Shown piece after piece: positions 28,478 through 38,073 of a stretch of DNA of 64,000 nt; the stretch's first letter is position 1, and each line of letters opens with the position of its first letter. Under the pieces are notes generated by a model. The model was not told the origin of the DNA, did not search any database, and saw only the letters and a program-made list of their open reading frames with translations. The stretch is from Acidimicrobiia bacterium (GTDB lineage Bacteria; Actinomycetota; Acidimicrobiia; Spongiisociales; JAOTWH01): positions 5,283 through 69,282 of the forward strand of contig JAZFSG010000046.1 in the NCBI GenBank assembly GCA_036446035.1, written 5' to 3'. The translations under genes and the position numbers were made by a program.

Positions 28478-29443
28478 GTGGCGTCTGACACCTCGAGAAC
28501 GACCGAATGGTTCGCTACCCGCTTCGACGACATCTCATCCAACATCGAGAGAGTCATCCAGGGCAAGCGTGAGGTCGTCGATCTCACCGTCCTCTGCATG
28601 CTGGCGGAGGGTCATGCACTCATCGAAGACGTACCCGGCGTTGGCAAGACCGTCCTGGCGAAATCTCTCGCTCGGTCGATCGACTGCTCGTTCCATCGGC
28701 TTCAGTTCACCCCCGACCTGCTCCCTTCGGATATCACCGGCGTCTCGGTGTGGGATAGGGAACGATCCGAGTTCGTCTTCAGGGCGGGACCGGTCTTCGC
28801 CAGCATCGTCCTTGGCGACGAGATCAATCGAGCTTCCCCCAAGACGCAGTCGGCGCTCCTCGAGGCGATGGAAGAACGTCAGGTAACGGTCGACGCGACC
28901 ACCCGTCCGCTGCCGGCGCCCTTCATGGTGATCGCCACCCAGAACCCCATCGAGCACGAGGGCACCTACCCCCTCCCCGAAGCCCAGCTCGATCGCTTCA
29001 TGATGCGCGTCGTCGTTGGCTACCCCGACCGCGCCAAGGAGCTCGAGATGCTCGACACCCATGGCGTCCGCTCAACCTATGAAGATCTTCGTCCCGTCAT
29101 CGACGCAGCTGAGATCGGCGAGATGATCAGGGTCGCAACCTCCGTCCACGTATCGAGCGAGGTCAAGGAATACATCGTCGACCTCGCTGAGGCGACGAGG
29201 TACGACCCCGACGTGCTCCTTGGCGCCTCGCCCCGGGCCACCCTCTATCTGCAGAGAGCGGCACGAGCCAAGGCCGCCATGGACGGACGCGACTTCGTGA
29301 CACCAGACGACGTCAAGGCGATGATGCTTCCCGTGCTCTCCCACAGGCTCATCCTGCGGCCGGAAGCGCAGATGCGCGGCGTTGAGATCAGCAAGATCAT
29401 CGAGGCATTGGCGCAGGGTGTGCCGATCCCTGGACTCGGTTAG
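28478..29443 (+). CDS. moxR: AAA+ ATPase MoxR family
   Basis: Walker A (EDVPGVGKT), Walker B (LGDEINRASPKTQSALLEAMEE) and the AAA_3 family arrangement. Confidence 0.9.
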   Translation: MASDTSRTTEWFATRFDDISSNIERVIQGKREVVDLTVLCMLAEGHALIEDVPGVGKTVLAKSLARSIDCSFHRLQFTPDLLPSDITGVSVWDRERSEFVFRAGPVFASIVLGDEINRASPKTQSALLEAMEERQVTVDATTRPLPAPFMVIATQNPIEHEGTYPLPEAQLDRFMMRVVVGYPDRAKELEMLDTHGVRSTYEDLRPVIDAAEIGEMIRVATSVHVSSEVKEYIVDLAEATRYDPDVLLGASPRATLYLQRAARAKAAMDGRDFVTPDDVKAMMLPVLSHRLILRPEAQMRGVEISKIIEALAQGVPIPGLG

Positions 29444-29447
29444 CTGG

Positions 29448-30626
29448 ATGCCTAGCACTCGGGGATGGGCCGCACTTGGCGCATCCCTCGGGCTCGGCGT
29501 CCTCTGGGTCGCCTTCGGGGAGCAAGAGCTCCTCGCTCTCGCCCTCTTCCTGACGACCGGAACCGCGACCGGAGTGCTCATCGTGCGTTTAGCAACGCCC
29601 CGCGTCGAGATCCACCGCAGGATCTCCCCGGAGAACCTTCATGAGGGCGATCGAGCCATCGTCGAGATCTCGCTCACCACGAAGCGTGCACTCCGCAATG
29701 TTGTCGTCGAGGATCGCGTCGCCGAGCTCGGCGCCGCTCGCTTCGCCGCTGCCCGCATCGACGCCAAGACTCCGCTGGTGGCACGCTACGAAGTGCTGGC
29801 TCGCCCCCGCGGGGTCTACGACGTTGGCCCGGCAACGGTGGCTGCGGCCGACGTGCTCGGCCTCGCCGAAGCAGGCGGGGACACGGGCACCATCGACCAT
29901 CTCACGGTCTTCCCGGCCATCGAAGACCTCGATGGATTCCCATTGGTGCGAGGCCGTGACCCATCGGTGCAGACGAGCCACCCCACATTCGCCCCGCACG
30001 GTGGCGAGGACTTCTTCACCCTGCGCGAGTACGCGGTTGGCGACGACCTGCGCCGCGTTCACTGGCCGAGTTCGGCCAAGAGGGACACCCTGATGATCCG
30101 ACAGCTCGAGATCCCGTGGCAGTCGCGAGCGCTCATCCTGCTCGACAGTCGCGACCAGCTCTACCCCGATGTCGCGTCCTTCGAGCACGCCGTCTCCGGA
30201 GCGGCCTCTGTCATCCGCCACCTCCACCAAGGCGGTTACGGTCCCCACCTGTGGACCGGCGACGCCAAGGCACGGGCTCTCACCTACTCGGGCTACCTGC
30301 CATGCATGAATCGGTTGGCGACGGTGCAGCCATCGACAGTCGACCTGAGGCGAGGTGTCACCCGCCTGAGGAGCTCGGGCATAGGGGGCGGCGCTCTCAT
30401 CATCGTGACGGGAAGAGCGGACGAGTCCGTCTTGACCGCCTTCCGCTATCTCACGCGGTCGTTCGGGCGGACGATGGTGCTGGCAGTTGGTGACGCGGAC
30501 GAAGCAACGCTGGCGATGATGCAGCGGAGCGGAGCGGCGACGGTGTCGGTCGCCGCCGGTGAGAGCTGGGCGGCGGCCTGGGCGACTGCAACGGAGAGAA
30601 CATGGCGTATCGCTACAGCTGGCTAG
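29448..30626 (+). CDS. DUF58 domain protein (MoxR-associated, vWA-like)
   Basis: TREYAVGDDLRRVHW is the DUF58 signature. The ATG at 29448 lies 5 nt after the moxR stop; the ORF track adds 22 upstream codons. Confidence 0.8.
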   Translation: MPSTRGWAALGASLGLGVLWVAFGEQELLALALFLTTGTATGVLIVRLATPRVEIHRRISPENLHEGDRAIVEISLTTKRALRNVVVEDRVAELGAARFAAARIDAKTPLVARYEVLARPRGVYDVGPATVAAADVLGLAEAGGDTGTIDHLTVFPAIEDLDGFPLVRGRDPSVQTSHPTFAPHGGEDFFTLREYAVGDDLRRVHWPSSAKRDTLMIRQLEIPWQSRALILLDSRDQLYPDVASFEHAVSGAASVIRHLHQGGYGPHLWTGDAKARALTYSGYLPCMNRLATVQPSTVDLRRGVTRLRSSGIGGGALIIVTGRADESVLTAFRYLTRSFGRTMVLAVGDADEATLAMMQRSGAATVSVAAGESWAAAWATATERTWRIATAG

Positions 30627-32938
30627 CTGCCGCAGGGCTCGTCGCGGCCGCACTAGCAAGGCTGAACAAGCTGGTGAGTCAGTCGGTCGATGGCCTCTCG
30701 TGGCAGCTCGTGATCGTTGGGGGCGCCGCGCTTGGTGCCGTCATCACATGGACCTGCGTCTCCTACGGCGTTCGTGGCCGCTGGGTTCTCGGCATCAACG
30801 CAGCGATCGTCGCCGTCGTCATGCTACGGCTGGTGGCACCCGAAACGATGTGGCTCCTCATTCCCACCTGGGACACGCTTTCCAGCTTCTCCAACGAGGT
30901 CTCGTACGCCGGTGACGTCATCCGATCGGGTTCGGCCCCGGTGCTGCCGTCGACCGGATTGGTGGCCATTCTCATGTCCGTATTCTGGGGCCTCGGGGCC
31001 CTCGCCGTTTGGGGTTTGCGGACGGCGAGGCCGTTCGTGGCTCTGGTGCCACCACTCGGGCTCTACCTCTATCTGGCAACCGTCGACAGAGTCGGCCTCG
31101 AAATCGGCTGGGTCGTCGCGCTGCTGCTTCTCGTCGGCCTGGCGCTGGTTGCAGTCGCTCTTGACGAGCGGACGGCCGGCGTTGGGCGGATCAGAGGAGC
31201 CCAGCGCAGTGGAGTCACCGCAACGACCCCGGTCTGGGCGGTCGCCTTCGTTGGCGGGATCGCTGCTGTCGCACTCTTCATGACAGCTGCGTTCGGATCT
31301 GCCGTAGAAGCCACGGGAGTCCTCGACTGGCGCTTTCAGCGTGGGCTAACGGGCAGCTTCTATGGATCGGTCTCATACAACCCCTTCATCTCGGTGCGCA
31401 AGAGCTTGATAAACCCGTCCAATACACCGGTCTTCGTGGCGAGGACCGATGGTGACGTTCCTGCGGATCAGCTCTATTGGAAGCTTCTGACCATGGACAC
31501 CTTCAACGGCGTCCATTGGTTCGCCTCCGATCCCGACATCGACCTGCTCGAGGACGATCTCGAAGACCCAGACCACTCGTTTGCCGGGCCAACGGCCGAG
31601 GTCACCCAGGATGTCACGATCCTGGCTCTAGAAATGGAGTGGTTGCCAAACGCCTACGCCCCGAACGCCGTGACCGCCAACGACCGCCTGGTCGAGGCAG
31701 GGCTGCGCGTCACCCCCGACGGGTCGCTTCGCTTCGGCTCGCTGACCTTCGATGGCATGACATACCGCGTGGTTTCTGACGTTCCCCAGCCGGACCTGGC
31801 CGTACTCGCCACCAACGACAGCGGCCAGCCCACCCGCGCCTTCGCCCAGGCCATCGATGACGGTCTGTTCACGGCACCGGAGCCGCTCGTCACCGAAGCC
31901 AGGCTCGAGCCACCCGGCGTTGACAGGCTCCTGCAGTTGCCGGAGGAGCTGGACCCGCGGATCGGGGCACTTGCCGCGGAGCTGACCCGCGGCCTCGGCT
32001 CGGACTACGAGAAAGCACTGGCACTCGAGACGTTCCTTCGTGACCGCGCCAACGGGTTCCGTTACGACCTGTCGGTTCCGCCAGGCGGCTCCACGGATGA
32101 CCTGGGAGTTTGGCTCTTCGACACCGAGAGCCCCGACTACCGGGCCGGCTACTGCGAGCTGTACGCCAACGCCCTTGGCGTTATGGGCCGCTCGGTCGGA
32201 CTCCCGTCTCGGGTGATCCTTGGGTTCACCCCAGGAGACGACCTCGGTGACGGGCGGGTTGTGGTTCGAGATAACAACGCCCACGCCTGGGTCGAGTTCT
32301 GGATGCCGTCGCAGGGCTGGGTGCGCTTCGACGCCACCCCTCGATCGGACAACGTCAACTTCTCAGAAGCGAGCACCCTCCCCTTCGACATCACCCAATA
32401 CCTCGAGGTGCCGCCGCAACCAAATGTGGATAGTCTGCCGCTGCCTCCTCCTCAGCTCGCGGGAGAAGAGCCGGAGAGGTTCCTCGGTGCCGGCTCCGCC
32501 GATGAACCGTCGGGGTCTTTCGAGCTCCCCGGATGGGTGTGGCGCGCCATACCTTTGATAGCTCTGCTCGGCCTCGTGGTGCTGGCGTTGCCGGGGCTCA
32601 AGGCCATACGTCGCCGACGCCGGATGCGGCGCTTCGAGTCTGGCGACATCTCGGCGGCGTGGCACGAGATCACAGGAAGACTCGCCGACCTCGGGGAACC
32701 ACCTGCTACCTCGGACACGCCGGCGGAGTTCGCCGAGGCAACCCATCGGTCTCTTGTGCCACTGGCGGCGGTGTATGCCGAGACCGTCTACGGGCCCGAG
32801 AGGCCGCTGGCCTCGTCGAAGGTGGCTGTGGCCCAGGACTCCTATGCGGACGCAGAGAAGCTGCTCTCGACGCGGTACAGCCCCATGCAACGGCTCCTAT
32901 CCGGGTACAGCTTGCGATCGCTGCGCAGGCGGCGTTGA
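30602..32938 (+). CDS. transglutaminase-like domain membrane protein (TgpA-like), 778 aa
   Basis: About 8 N-terminal TM helices, a DUF3488-like region, and a transglutaminase core containing the putative catalytic Cys (GYCELYA), His (NAHAWVEF) and Asp (VRFDATP). It completes the conserved MoxR-DUF58-TGase triad. Confidence 0.85.
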   Translation: MAYRYSWLAAAGLVAAALARLNKLVSQSVDGLSWQLVIVGGAALGAVITWTCVSYGVRGRWVLGINAAIVAVVMLRLVAPETMWLLIPTWDTLSSFSNEVSYAGDVIRSGSAPVLPSTGLVAILMSVFWGLGALAVWGLRTARPFVALVPPLGLYLYLATVDRVGLEIGWVVALLLLVGLALVAVALDERTAGVGRIRGAQRSGVTATTPVWAVAFVGGIAAVALFMTAAFGSAVEATGVLDWRFQRGLTGSFYGSVSYNPFISVRKSLINPSNTPVFVARTDGDVPADQLYWKLLTMDTFNGVHWFASDPDIDLLEDDLEDPDHSFAGPTAEVTQDVTILALEMEWLPNAYAPNAVTANDRLVEAGLRVTPDGSLRFGSLTFDGMTYRVVSDVPQPDLAVLATNDSGQPTRAFAQAIDDGLFTAPEPLVTEARLEPPGVDRLLQLPEELDPRIGALAAELTRGLGSDYEKALALETFLRDRANGFRYDLSVPPGGSTDDLGVWLFDTESPDYRAGYCELYANALGVMGRSVGLPSRVILGFTPGDDLGDGRVVVRDNNAHAWVEFWMPSQGWVRFDATPRSDNVNFSEASTLPFDITQYLEVPPQPNVDSLPLPPPQLAGEEPERFLGAGSADEPSGSFELPGWVWRAIPLIALLGLVVLALPGLKAIRRRRRMRRFESGDISAAWHEITGRLADLGEPPATSDTPAEFAEATHRSLVPLAAVYAETVYGPERPLASSKVAVAQDSYADAEKLLSTRYSPMQRLLSGYSLRSLRRRR

Positions 32939-32945
32939 GGGCGCC

Positions 32946-33440
32946 CTAGAGCTCTGAGGCCTCGTCGAGGACATCGTCCTCGACCCGACGCAACATCTCG
33001 AGGAAGTGGTCGCGATCAAGCTCGAAGCGAGATACATCCTCGGCTACGGAGCGAGTGATCTCCTCGAGGGTGCCGAAGAAGGCGAGCTGGCCTTGCCGCA
33101 AGGCATCGAGCAACTCAACCTCCCCTTCGGTTACGGCGAAGAGGTTGGTGCCGTCGGTGACAAGCGAGACCTCAGACAGCTGGCGATCGATGTCTGCCGT
33201 TCTGCGTAGGTAGTCCCATGCCCGCCTGACGCGTTGCACCGACATGCCATTGTCCAGCAAGCTGCGGACCACCCGCAGCGAGACAAGATCGCGGAAGGAG
33301 TAGAGACGTCTCCGCCCGGGGCGACCACCGGTGCTCTGGATTGACGGCTTCACCAACGCCACTCGATCCCAATACCGAAGCTGATGTGCGGTGCACGATG
33401 TCAAGCGAGACGCCTGCTGTGCGGTGAAACCTTCCTCCAC
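32946..33440 (-). CDS. MerR family transcriptional regulator
   Basis: An N-terminal HTH_MerR (FTAQQASRLTSCTAHQLRYWDRVALVKP) followed by an extended effector/coiled-coil domain. Confidence 0.8.
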   Translation of the reverse strand: MEEGFTAQQASRLTSCTAHQLRYWDRVALVKPSIQSTGGRPGRRRLYSFRDLVSLRVVRSLLDNGMSVQRVRRAWDYLRRTADIDRQLSEVSLVTDGTNLFAVTEGEVELLDALRQGQLAFFGTLEEITRSVAEDVSRFELDRDHFLEMLRRVEDDVLDEASEL

Positions 33441-33507
33441 GTCGCCCTTCCTCGAATCTGCCAGCGCGGAGAGTGCCGTACCTGCTTCTCTCCCTCGAAG
33501 AGCGACT

Positions 33508-33837
33508 CTAGCCGTCTCTACGCCACCGCTGGCGGGTGCGATCGGTTAACGCGGAGATCGAGCCCCAACCGCGCTTCGTCCTCGACGCAGAGACCAACCA
33601 GAACGTCGCCGCGGTCATCACGAGGACCCCGGCGAGGGCGACGAAACGATTGGAGGTGAAGAACACCAGCATGAGGGTGAGGCCGCCGGCGATTCCAAGA
33701 CTTGCCCAACGCACCCGTCTGGCGGTGAGGGTTGCCAGGCTGGTGTTGCGGACGGTCTGAGCCAGCTTCGGATCCTCTTCATAGAACTGCCGTTCTATCT
33801 CTTCGAGGATTCGCTGTTCTCGATCGTCCAGTGGCAT
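33508..33837 (-). CDS. DUF3040 domain membrane protein
   Basis: MPLDDREQRILEEIERQFYEEDPKL is the DUF3040 signature, followed by two TM helices. The ORF track extends it to 34035. Confidence 0.75.
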   Translation of the reverse strand: MPLDDREQRILEEIERQFYEEDPKLAQTVRNTSLATLTARRVRWASLGIAGGLTLMLVFFTSNRFVALAGVLVMTAATFWLVSASRTKRGWGSISALTDRTRQRWRRDG

Positions 33838-33877
33838 TGGGTGCCTCGCTCCTCGGGTAGAGAGACTGGAATTGGCA

Positions 33878-35071
33878 TCAGTATACCTGAGGGCTATCGC
33901 TGCGCTCAGAGTTCGGCTGCTCGACAAGACGGGCGAGCCGTAGGGAATCGTCGCCGAACCGTCGACGGACGCTGTCGGACGCTTCGGCGAGCGCTTGGCG
34001 GCTGTCGTCACCGAGGCCAAGCTGGCGGGGCCCATCGCTGAGGGCGGTTCCAGCGACGCCGAGAAGCCGCACCGGCCGTCCGGCCCCGCCGGCCCGCCGC
34101 ACCAGCTCCGACGCTTCGGCGTATATGGCGGCCGCCAGGTCGACGGGTGCCCCGATCGTGTGGCTCCTGGTGATGGTGGAGAAGTCGCTGTAGCGGATCT
34201 TCACACTCACCGTCCGCGCTGCCAGGCCACTCCTCCGCAACCGCTCGCTCAACCCGACGCACAGCCGGAACAGCTCCTCATCGATGCGCACCGGGTCGAC
34301 AAGGTCGGTTTCGAAGGTTGCCTCGGACGAGATGGACTTGGCTCCTTCGCCTGGAGTCACGATTCGGTCGTCGATGTTGTTGGCCAGGGCCCAGAGATGT
34401 GCCCCGACGGTCTCCCCGAGGCGCCTCTTCACGATCTGCTCGGGGAGGTCTGCGAGCTCGCCGACAGAGGACACGCCGATCGCCTCGAGAGCCGCGTATG
34501 TCGCCTCGCCGACTCCCCACAACGCTCGCAGGCCTTGTGGTCGCAGGAAGTCCAACTCCTCTCCAACCGGGATCATCAGCTGGCCGTCTGGCTTGGCGCG
34601 CTGCGAGGCCAGCTTGGCGACGAGCTTGGTGGTGGCAGCGCCGGCGGAGCTCGGCAGCCCAAGTTCGGAAAGGATCGCCGCGCGCACGACGGTTGCGATC
34701 TGGTCTGCCCCCTCGTAATGCAGCCCAAGTCCTGCGATCTCCAGAAAGGCCTCGTCGATCGAGAGGCCCTCGACTGTTGGCGTGAACCCCCGCAGGATCT
34801 CGAACACGTGAGCCGAAAGCGATCGATAGTGATCGTGATCTGGGACCACGAAGCGCCCGAGGGGCAGGCGACGCCGCGCCTCTGAGATGGGCATCGCCGA
34901 GCGGACGCCGACGCGCCGTGCTTCGTAGGAAGCGGAGGCAACAACGCCGCGACCGCCGAGGCCACCGACCACTACCGGGACGCCGATAAGCGAAGAGTCG
35001 CGAAGGCGTTCCGCCTCCACGAAGAAGGCGTCCATGTCGACATGGAGGATGTGCTCGGCGATTCGCCCCAT
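33878..35071 (-). CDS. dinB: DNA polymerase IV (Y-family translesion polymerase)
   Basis: ILHVDMDAFFVEAERLRD and SIDEAFLEI are Y-family palm motifs, with the little-finger domain at the C-terminus. Start trimmed to MGRIAEH; the ORF track starts at 35254. Confidence 0.85.
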   Translation of the reverse strand: MGRIAEHILHVDMDAFFVEAERLRDSSLIGVPVVVGGLGGRGVVASASYEARRVGVRSAMPISEARRRLPLGRFVVPDHDHYRSLSAHVFEILRGFTPTVEGLSIDEAFLEIAGLGLHYEGADQIATVVRAAILSELGLPSSAGAATTKLVAKLASQRAKPDGQLMIPVGEELDFLRPQGLRALWGVGEATYAALEAIGVSSVGELADLPEQIVKRRLGETVGAHLWALANNIDDRIVTPGEGAKSISSEATFETDLVDPVRIDEELFRLCVGLSERLRRSGLAARTVSVKIRYSDFSTITRSHTIGAPVDLAAAIYAEASELVRRAGGAGRPVRLLGVAGTALSDGPRQLGLGDDSRQALAEASDSVRRRFGDDSLRLARLVEQPNSERSDSPQVY

Positions 35072-35133
35072 CGAGCAACGGTACCGACGCGTCTGCACCG
35101 TCTGCGACCTTCCCCCTAGAGTGTGGCGACGAC

Positions 35134-35547
35134 ATGAAGCGCCCCCTGACTCTCGTCGCCTTGCCCGTCGCCCTGTTGATCGTCGCTGGATCCTGCGCCA
35201 GCGGCCCATCAGAAGCGGCCAAGTTGAGGGACGTTGCACCGGCGACGACGACAACCACCGTGCCCCTGCCAGAAGGCATTCAGCTCGTCAAGATCCTCAA
35301 CGCCTCGTTCCAGCCCGCGGTGCTCGACCTCGATACCACCGAGGTGCCGATCGTCCGCTGGGAGAACATCGACGACATCGAGTACACGATCTTCGCCCGT
35401 GGCAAAGAGTTCGAGAGTCCCGTGATACCCCCAGGGGGTACCTGGGACTTCGACTTCACATCCCTTGAGCTCGGCGTCTACCGCTACTTCATCGTCCGCG
35501 GCGCTCAGACGATCCCAGGGCTGGTAGACACCCGCACCGCCCAGTAG
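35134..35547 (+). CDS. lipoprotein, cupredoxin-like fold (hypothetical)
   Basis: Lipobox LIVAGSC, a Thr-rich linker, and a ~100-aa beta-sandwich-like domain. No copper-ligand set could be confirmed. Confidence 0.55.
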   Translation: MKRPLTLVALPVALLIVAGSCASGPSEAAKLRDVAPATTTTTVPLPEGIQLVKILNASFQPAVLDLDTTEVPIVRWENIDDIEYTIFARGKEFESPVIPPGGTWDFDFTSLELGVYRYFIVRGAQTIPGLVDTRTAQ

Positions 35548-35560
35548 CGGCGTCGTCATA

Positions 35561-36310
35561 ATGGGCGCCATGCCCCTCCGCCCCCTCCTCGTGGCGCTCG
35601 TTGCCTTGGCAAGCTCGCTTGCCTGGTCGCTCCAGCTCATCCTCGATCCAGCGCCCTTCGCCTCCGGCCCTGCCGTCGTCCTGGCACTCACCATGGTCTC
35701 CCTCGCCCTCGTAGCCATCACCGGACTTCTGCTGGCGCGCAGTCGATGGGCGCCCTGGCTTGCGGTTGCGATAGCGGCGGCTCAGCTCGCCCTTGCCATC
35801 ACCATGCCCGTCGATTGGCAGGTCGTCGCCGTTGTCGTCGCCCTATCGCTGGCAGCGCTCGCCGCCACCATCAGAGACAAGTCTCTGCAGAGATCGAGCG
35901 GTGGGCCGCCTCCCCTAGCGGTCGTCCTCCTTCTCCTGCTCGTGGCCTTTCCGGCGCTGGTCGCCGTTTCCAATGCCGACGGCATCTCGGTGGCCGCCAT
36001 CGTCGGCTCGGTATTCGTCGTACTGGCTGCAGTCGTTTACGGGCGCGGCGGGATCATCTCGCTGTGGACGATGCGCTCGCTCGTTCCCCTAGGTGCCGTT
36101 CTCTCCGCCGCGACGACGCCGCTGCCACCGGCGGCGGCAGTCCTGGCCGCCGGGGCCGGCCTGACCGCCCTCGGGTGGTCACCCGTCATCAGCAACGCCG
36201 CGGCGCCGCTGGCGCCCCTGCACAGCCCCGGCTACAGGATCCCCCCGGAGCTCGCTCCTCGCGAGATCCTGGACGCCGCCGGTCTCGACGAGCACGGCCG
36301 CCGCCAGTGA
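35561..36310 (+). CDS. hypothetical polytopic membrane protein (249 aa)
   Basis: Six to seven predicted TM helices, Ala/Leu-rich, with high GC3. Confidence 0.55.
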   Translation: MGAMPLRPLLVALVALASSLAWSLQLILDPAPFASGPAVVLALTMVSLALVAITGLLLARSRWAPWLAVAIAAAQLALAITMPVDWQVVAVVVALSLAALAATIRDKSLQRSSGGPPPLAVVLLLLLVAFPALVAVSNADGISVAAIVGSVFVVLAAVVYGRGGIISLWTMRSLVPLGAVLSAATTPLPPAAAVLAAGAGLTALGWSPVISNAAAPLAPLHSPGYRIPPELAPREILDAAGLDEHGRRQ

Positions 36311-36561
36311 GAATCAACCCGTGGTTCGCTTTTCCCGTCATCGCCGCCGGCATCGCCGGCGCTTTGATCGGTCACAACATCGCCAGTGTGGCGTGCGCTC
36401 CTGTTGAACCCGATGCGGTGTGCGACCCGGGAAGCTCTGCGGTGGTGTTGGCCATCGGCGGCGCAGTGGTGTCGATGATCGGGGTAGGAGTGGTCATCGT
36501 CCTCGTGATCAGGTCTCTCGCCGAGTGGCGAGAGACATCTCGAAAGTCGGACGACGACTAG
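36308..36561 (+). CDS. small membrane protein (84 aa)
   Basis: GTG start overlapping the upstream TGA (GTGA). Two TM helices. It is part of ORF-track ORF 35746-36561 in this frame. Confidence 0.45.
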
Positions 36562-37811
36562 CCGGCGTCGTGCCGTGAGAACAGCAGGGTGACGTTGTGA
36601 CCGCCAAAGCCGAATGAGTTGGTCATGGCCGTGGTGACCGGCGTCGCCCGCACATCGTTCGGCACGTAGTCAAGATCGCACTCGGGATCTGGCGTCGTGA
36701 GGTTGATCGTCGGCGGGATGATGCCATCGCGGATGGCCAGCAGGCACACGATGGACTCGGCGGCTCCGGCACCCCCAAGGAGATGCCCCGTCATGGACTT
36801 CGTAGAGGAGATGGGTACAGAGGCGGCGCCGTCGCCGAAGACCAGCTTGATCGCTGCCGTCTCGGTTGCATCGTTGGCTTGGGTAGATGTTCCGTGGGCG
36901 TTGATGTAGTCGATATCAGACGACTCGGTGCCGGCGTCGTCGAGCGCCGCCTGCATGGAGCGGGCGGCTCCCATGCCCCCTGGACGCGGCAGGGTGATGT
37001 GGTAGCCGTCAGACGACATGCCGTATCCGGTGAACTCGCCGTAGATAACCGCGCCCCGGTCGATCGCGGCCTGGCGTTCTTCGAGGATCAGCACAGCGGC
37101 TCCCTCTGCCAGGACGAAGCCATCCCGGTCGGTGTCGAATGGTCGCGAGGCGCCCAACGGATCATCGTTGCGAGTGCTCAACGCCTTGGCCTGAGCGAAT
37201 CCAGCAACGGCGAACTCACAGACAGCTGCGTCGGCGCCCCCAGCCACCATCACATCGGCAGCCCCCCTGCGGATAATCTCCGCCGCATCGCCGATGGCGT
37301 TCGCCGAAGCAGCACAGGCGGTGACGGTCGCTGTGTTGGGCCCGTAGAGGTTGAAGCCGATCGAGACCAATCCGGCAGCCATGTTGGAGATGATCTGCGG
37401 TATGGCGAATGGGCTGATGCGGTCCGGACCTCGCTCACGGAGCACGTCCATGGAGTCCTGGAACGCGATGACCCCACCGATGCCCGAGCCGACGATGACT
37501 CCGGCGCGCAGCGCCTCCGGCGAGTCCTCGGCAAAGGACAGCCCAGAGTCCGCCAATGCCTCGGAGGCCGCGGCGTAGAAGAGCTGGTCGTAGCGGTCCA
37601 TGCGGCGCGCTTCGCGCCGCGGCATGAAGTCCTCGGGATCGAAATCTGCAACCTCGCCGGCGATGCGAGTCGGGAGCCCTGAGGCGTCGAACGCGGTGAT
37701 AGGGCCGATACCAGAGACACCATCCTTGGCACCCTTCCAGAACGCGTCAACACCTATGCCGAGAGGGTTGACCGATCCGAGACCTGTGACGACGACGCGA
37801 CGGCGTTCCAC
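36558..37811 (-). CDS. fabF: beta-ketoacyl-ACP synthase II (KasA/FabF)
   Basis: RRVVVTGLG N-terminus, active-site Cys in TVTACAASANAIGDA, and His-His motifs (YINAHGTST, GHLLGGAGA). Start placed at the GTG just after the acpP stop. Confidence 0.9.
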   Translation of the reverse strand: MERRRVVVTGLGSVNPLGIGVDAFWKGAKDGVSGIGPITAFDASGLPTRIAGEVADFDPEDFMPRREARRMDRYDQLFYAAASEALADSGLSFAEDSPEALRAGVIVGSGIGGVIAFQDSMDVLRERGPDRISPFAIPQIISNMAAGLVSIGFNLYGPNTATVTACAASANAIGDAAEIIRRGAADVMVAGGADAAVCEFAVAGFAQAKALSTRNDDPLGASRPFDTDRDGFVLAEGAAVLILEERQAAIDRGAVIYGEFTGYGMSSDGYHITLPRPGGMGAARSMQAALDDAGTESSDIDYINAHGTSTQANDATETAAIKLVFGDGAASVPISSTKSMTGHLLGGAGAAESIVCLLAIRDGIIPPTINLTTPDPECDLDYVPNDVRATPVTTAMTNSFGFGGHNVTLLFSRHDAG

Positions 37812-37812
37812 T

Positions 37813-38058
37813 TCAGCTCCCGAGCTTGCTCTCCACGATGTCAACCGCTTGGCCGACGGTGGCGATCTTCTCAGCCTCTTCATCAGCGATCTTCACGCCG
37901 AACCCGTCTTCGAGGGCCATCAACAGCTCGACAACGCCAAGCGAATCAACCTCGAGGTCTTCTTCGAAACGAGCCTCCGTTGTCACCTTGTCGCGGTCAA
38001 GGCCGAGCTCGCCAACGAGCAGATCCTTCAGCTTTGATTCGATCTCACTTCTTTCCAT
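37813..38058 (-). CDS. acpP: acyl carrier protein
   Basis: An 81-aa protein with the phosphopantetheine-attachment DSLG motif (EDLEVDSLGVVELLMALEDGFGVKI). Confidence 0.9.
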   Translation of the reverse strand: MERSEIESKLKDLLVGELGLDRDKVTTEARFEEDLEVDSLGVVELLMALEDGFGVKIADEEAEKIATVGQAVDIVESKLGS

Positions 38059-38073
38059 CTCTGTCCTTCCTTG

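Noticed and set aside
35072-35133. Possible LexA/SOS box upstream of dinB
   Set aside because: Only a CGGTACCG palindrome is present. There is no match to the GAAC-N4-GTTC Cheo-box consensus, so it is not called as a feature.
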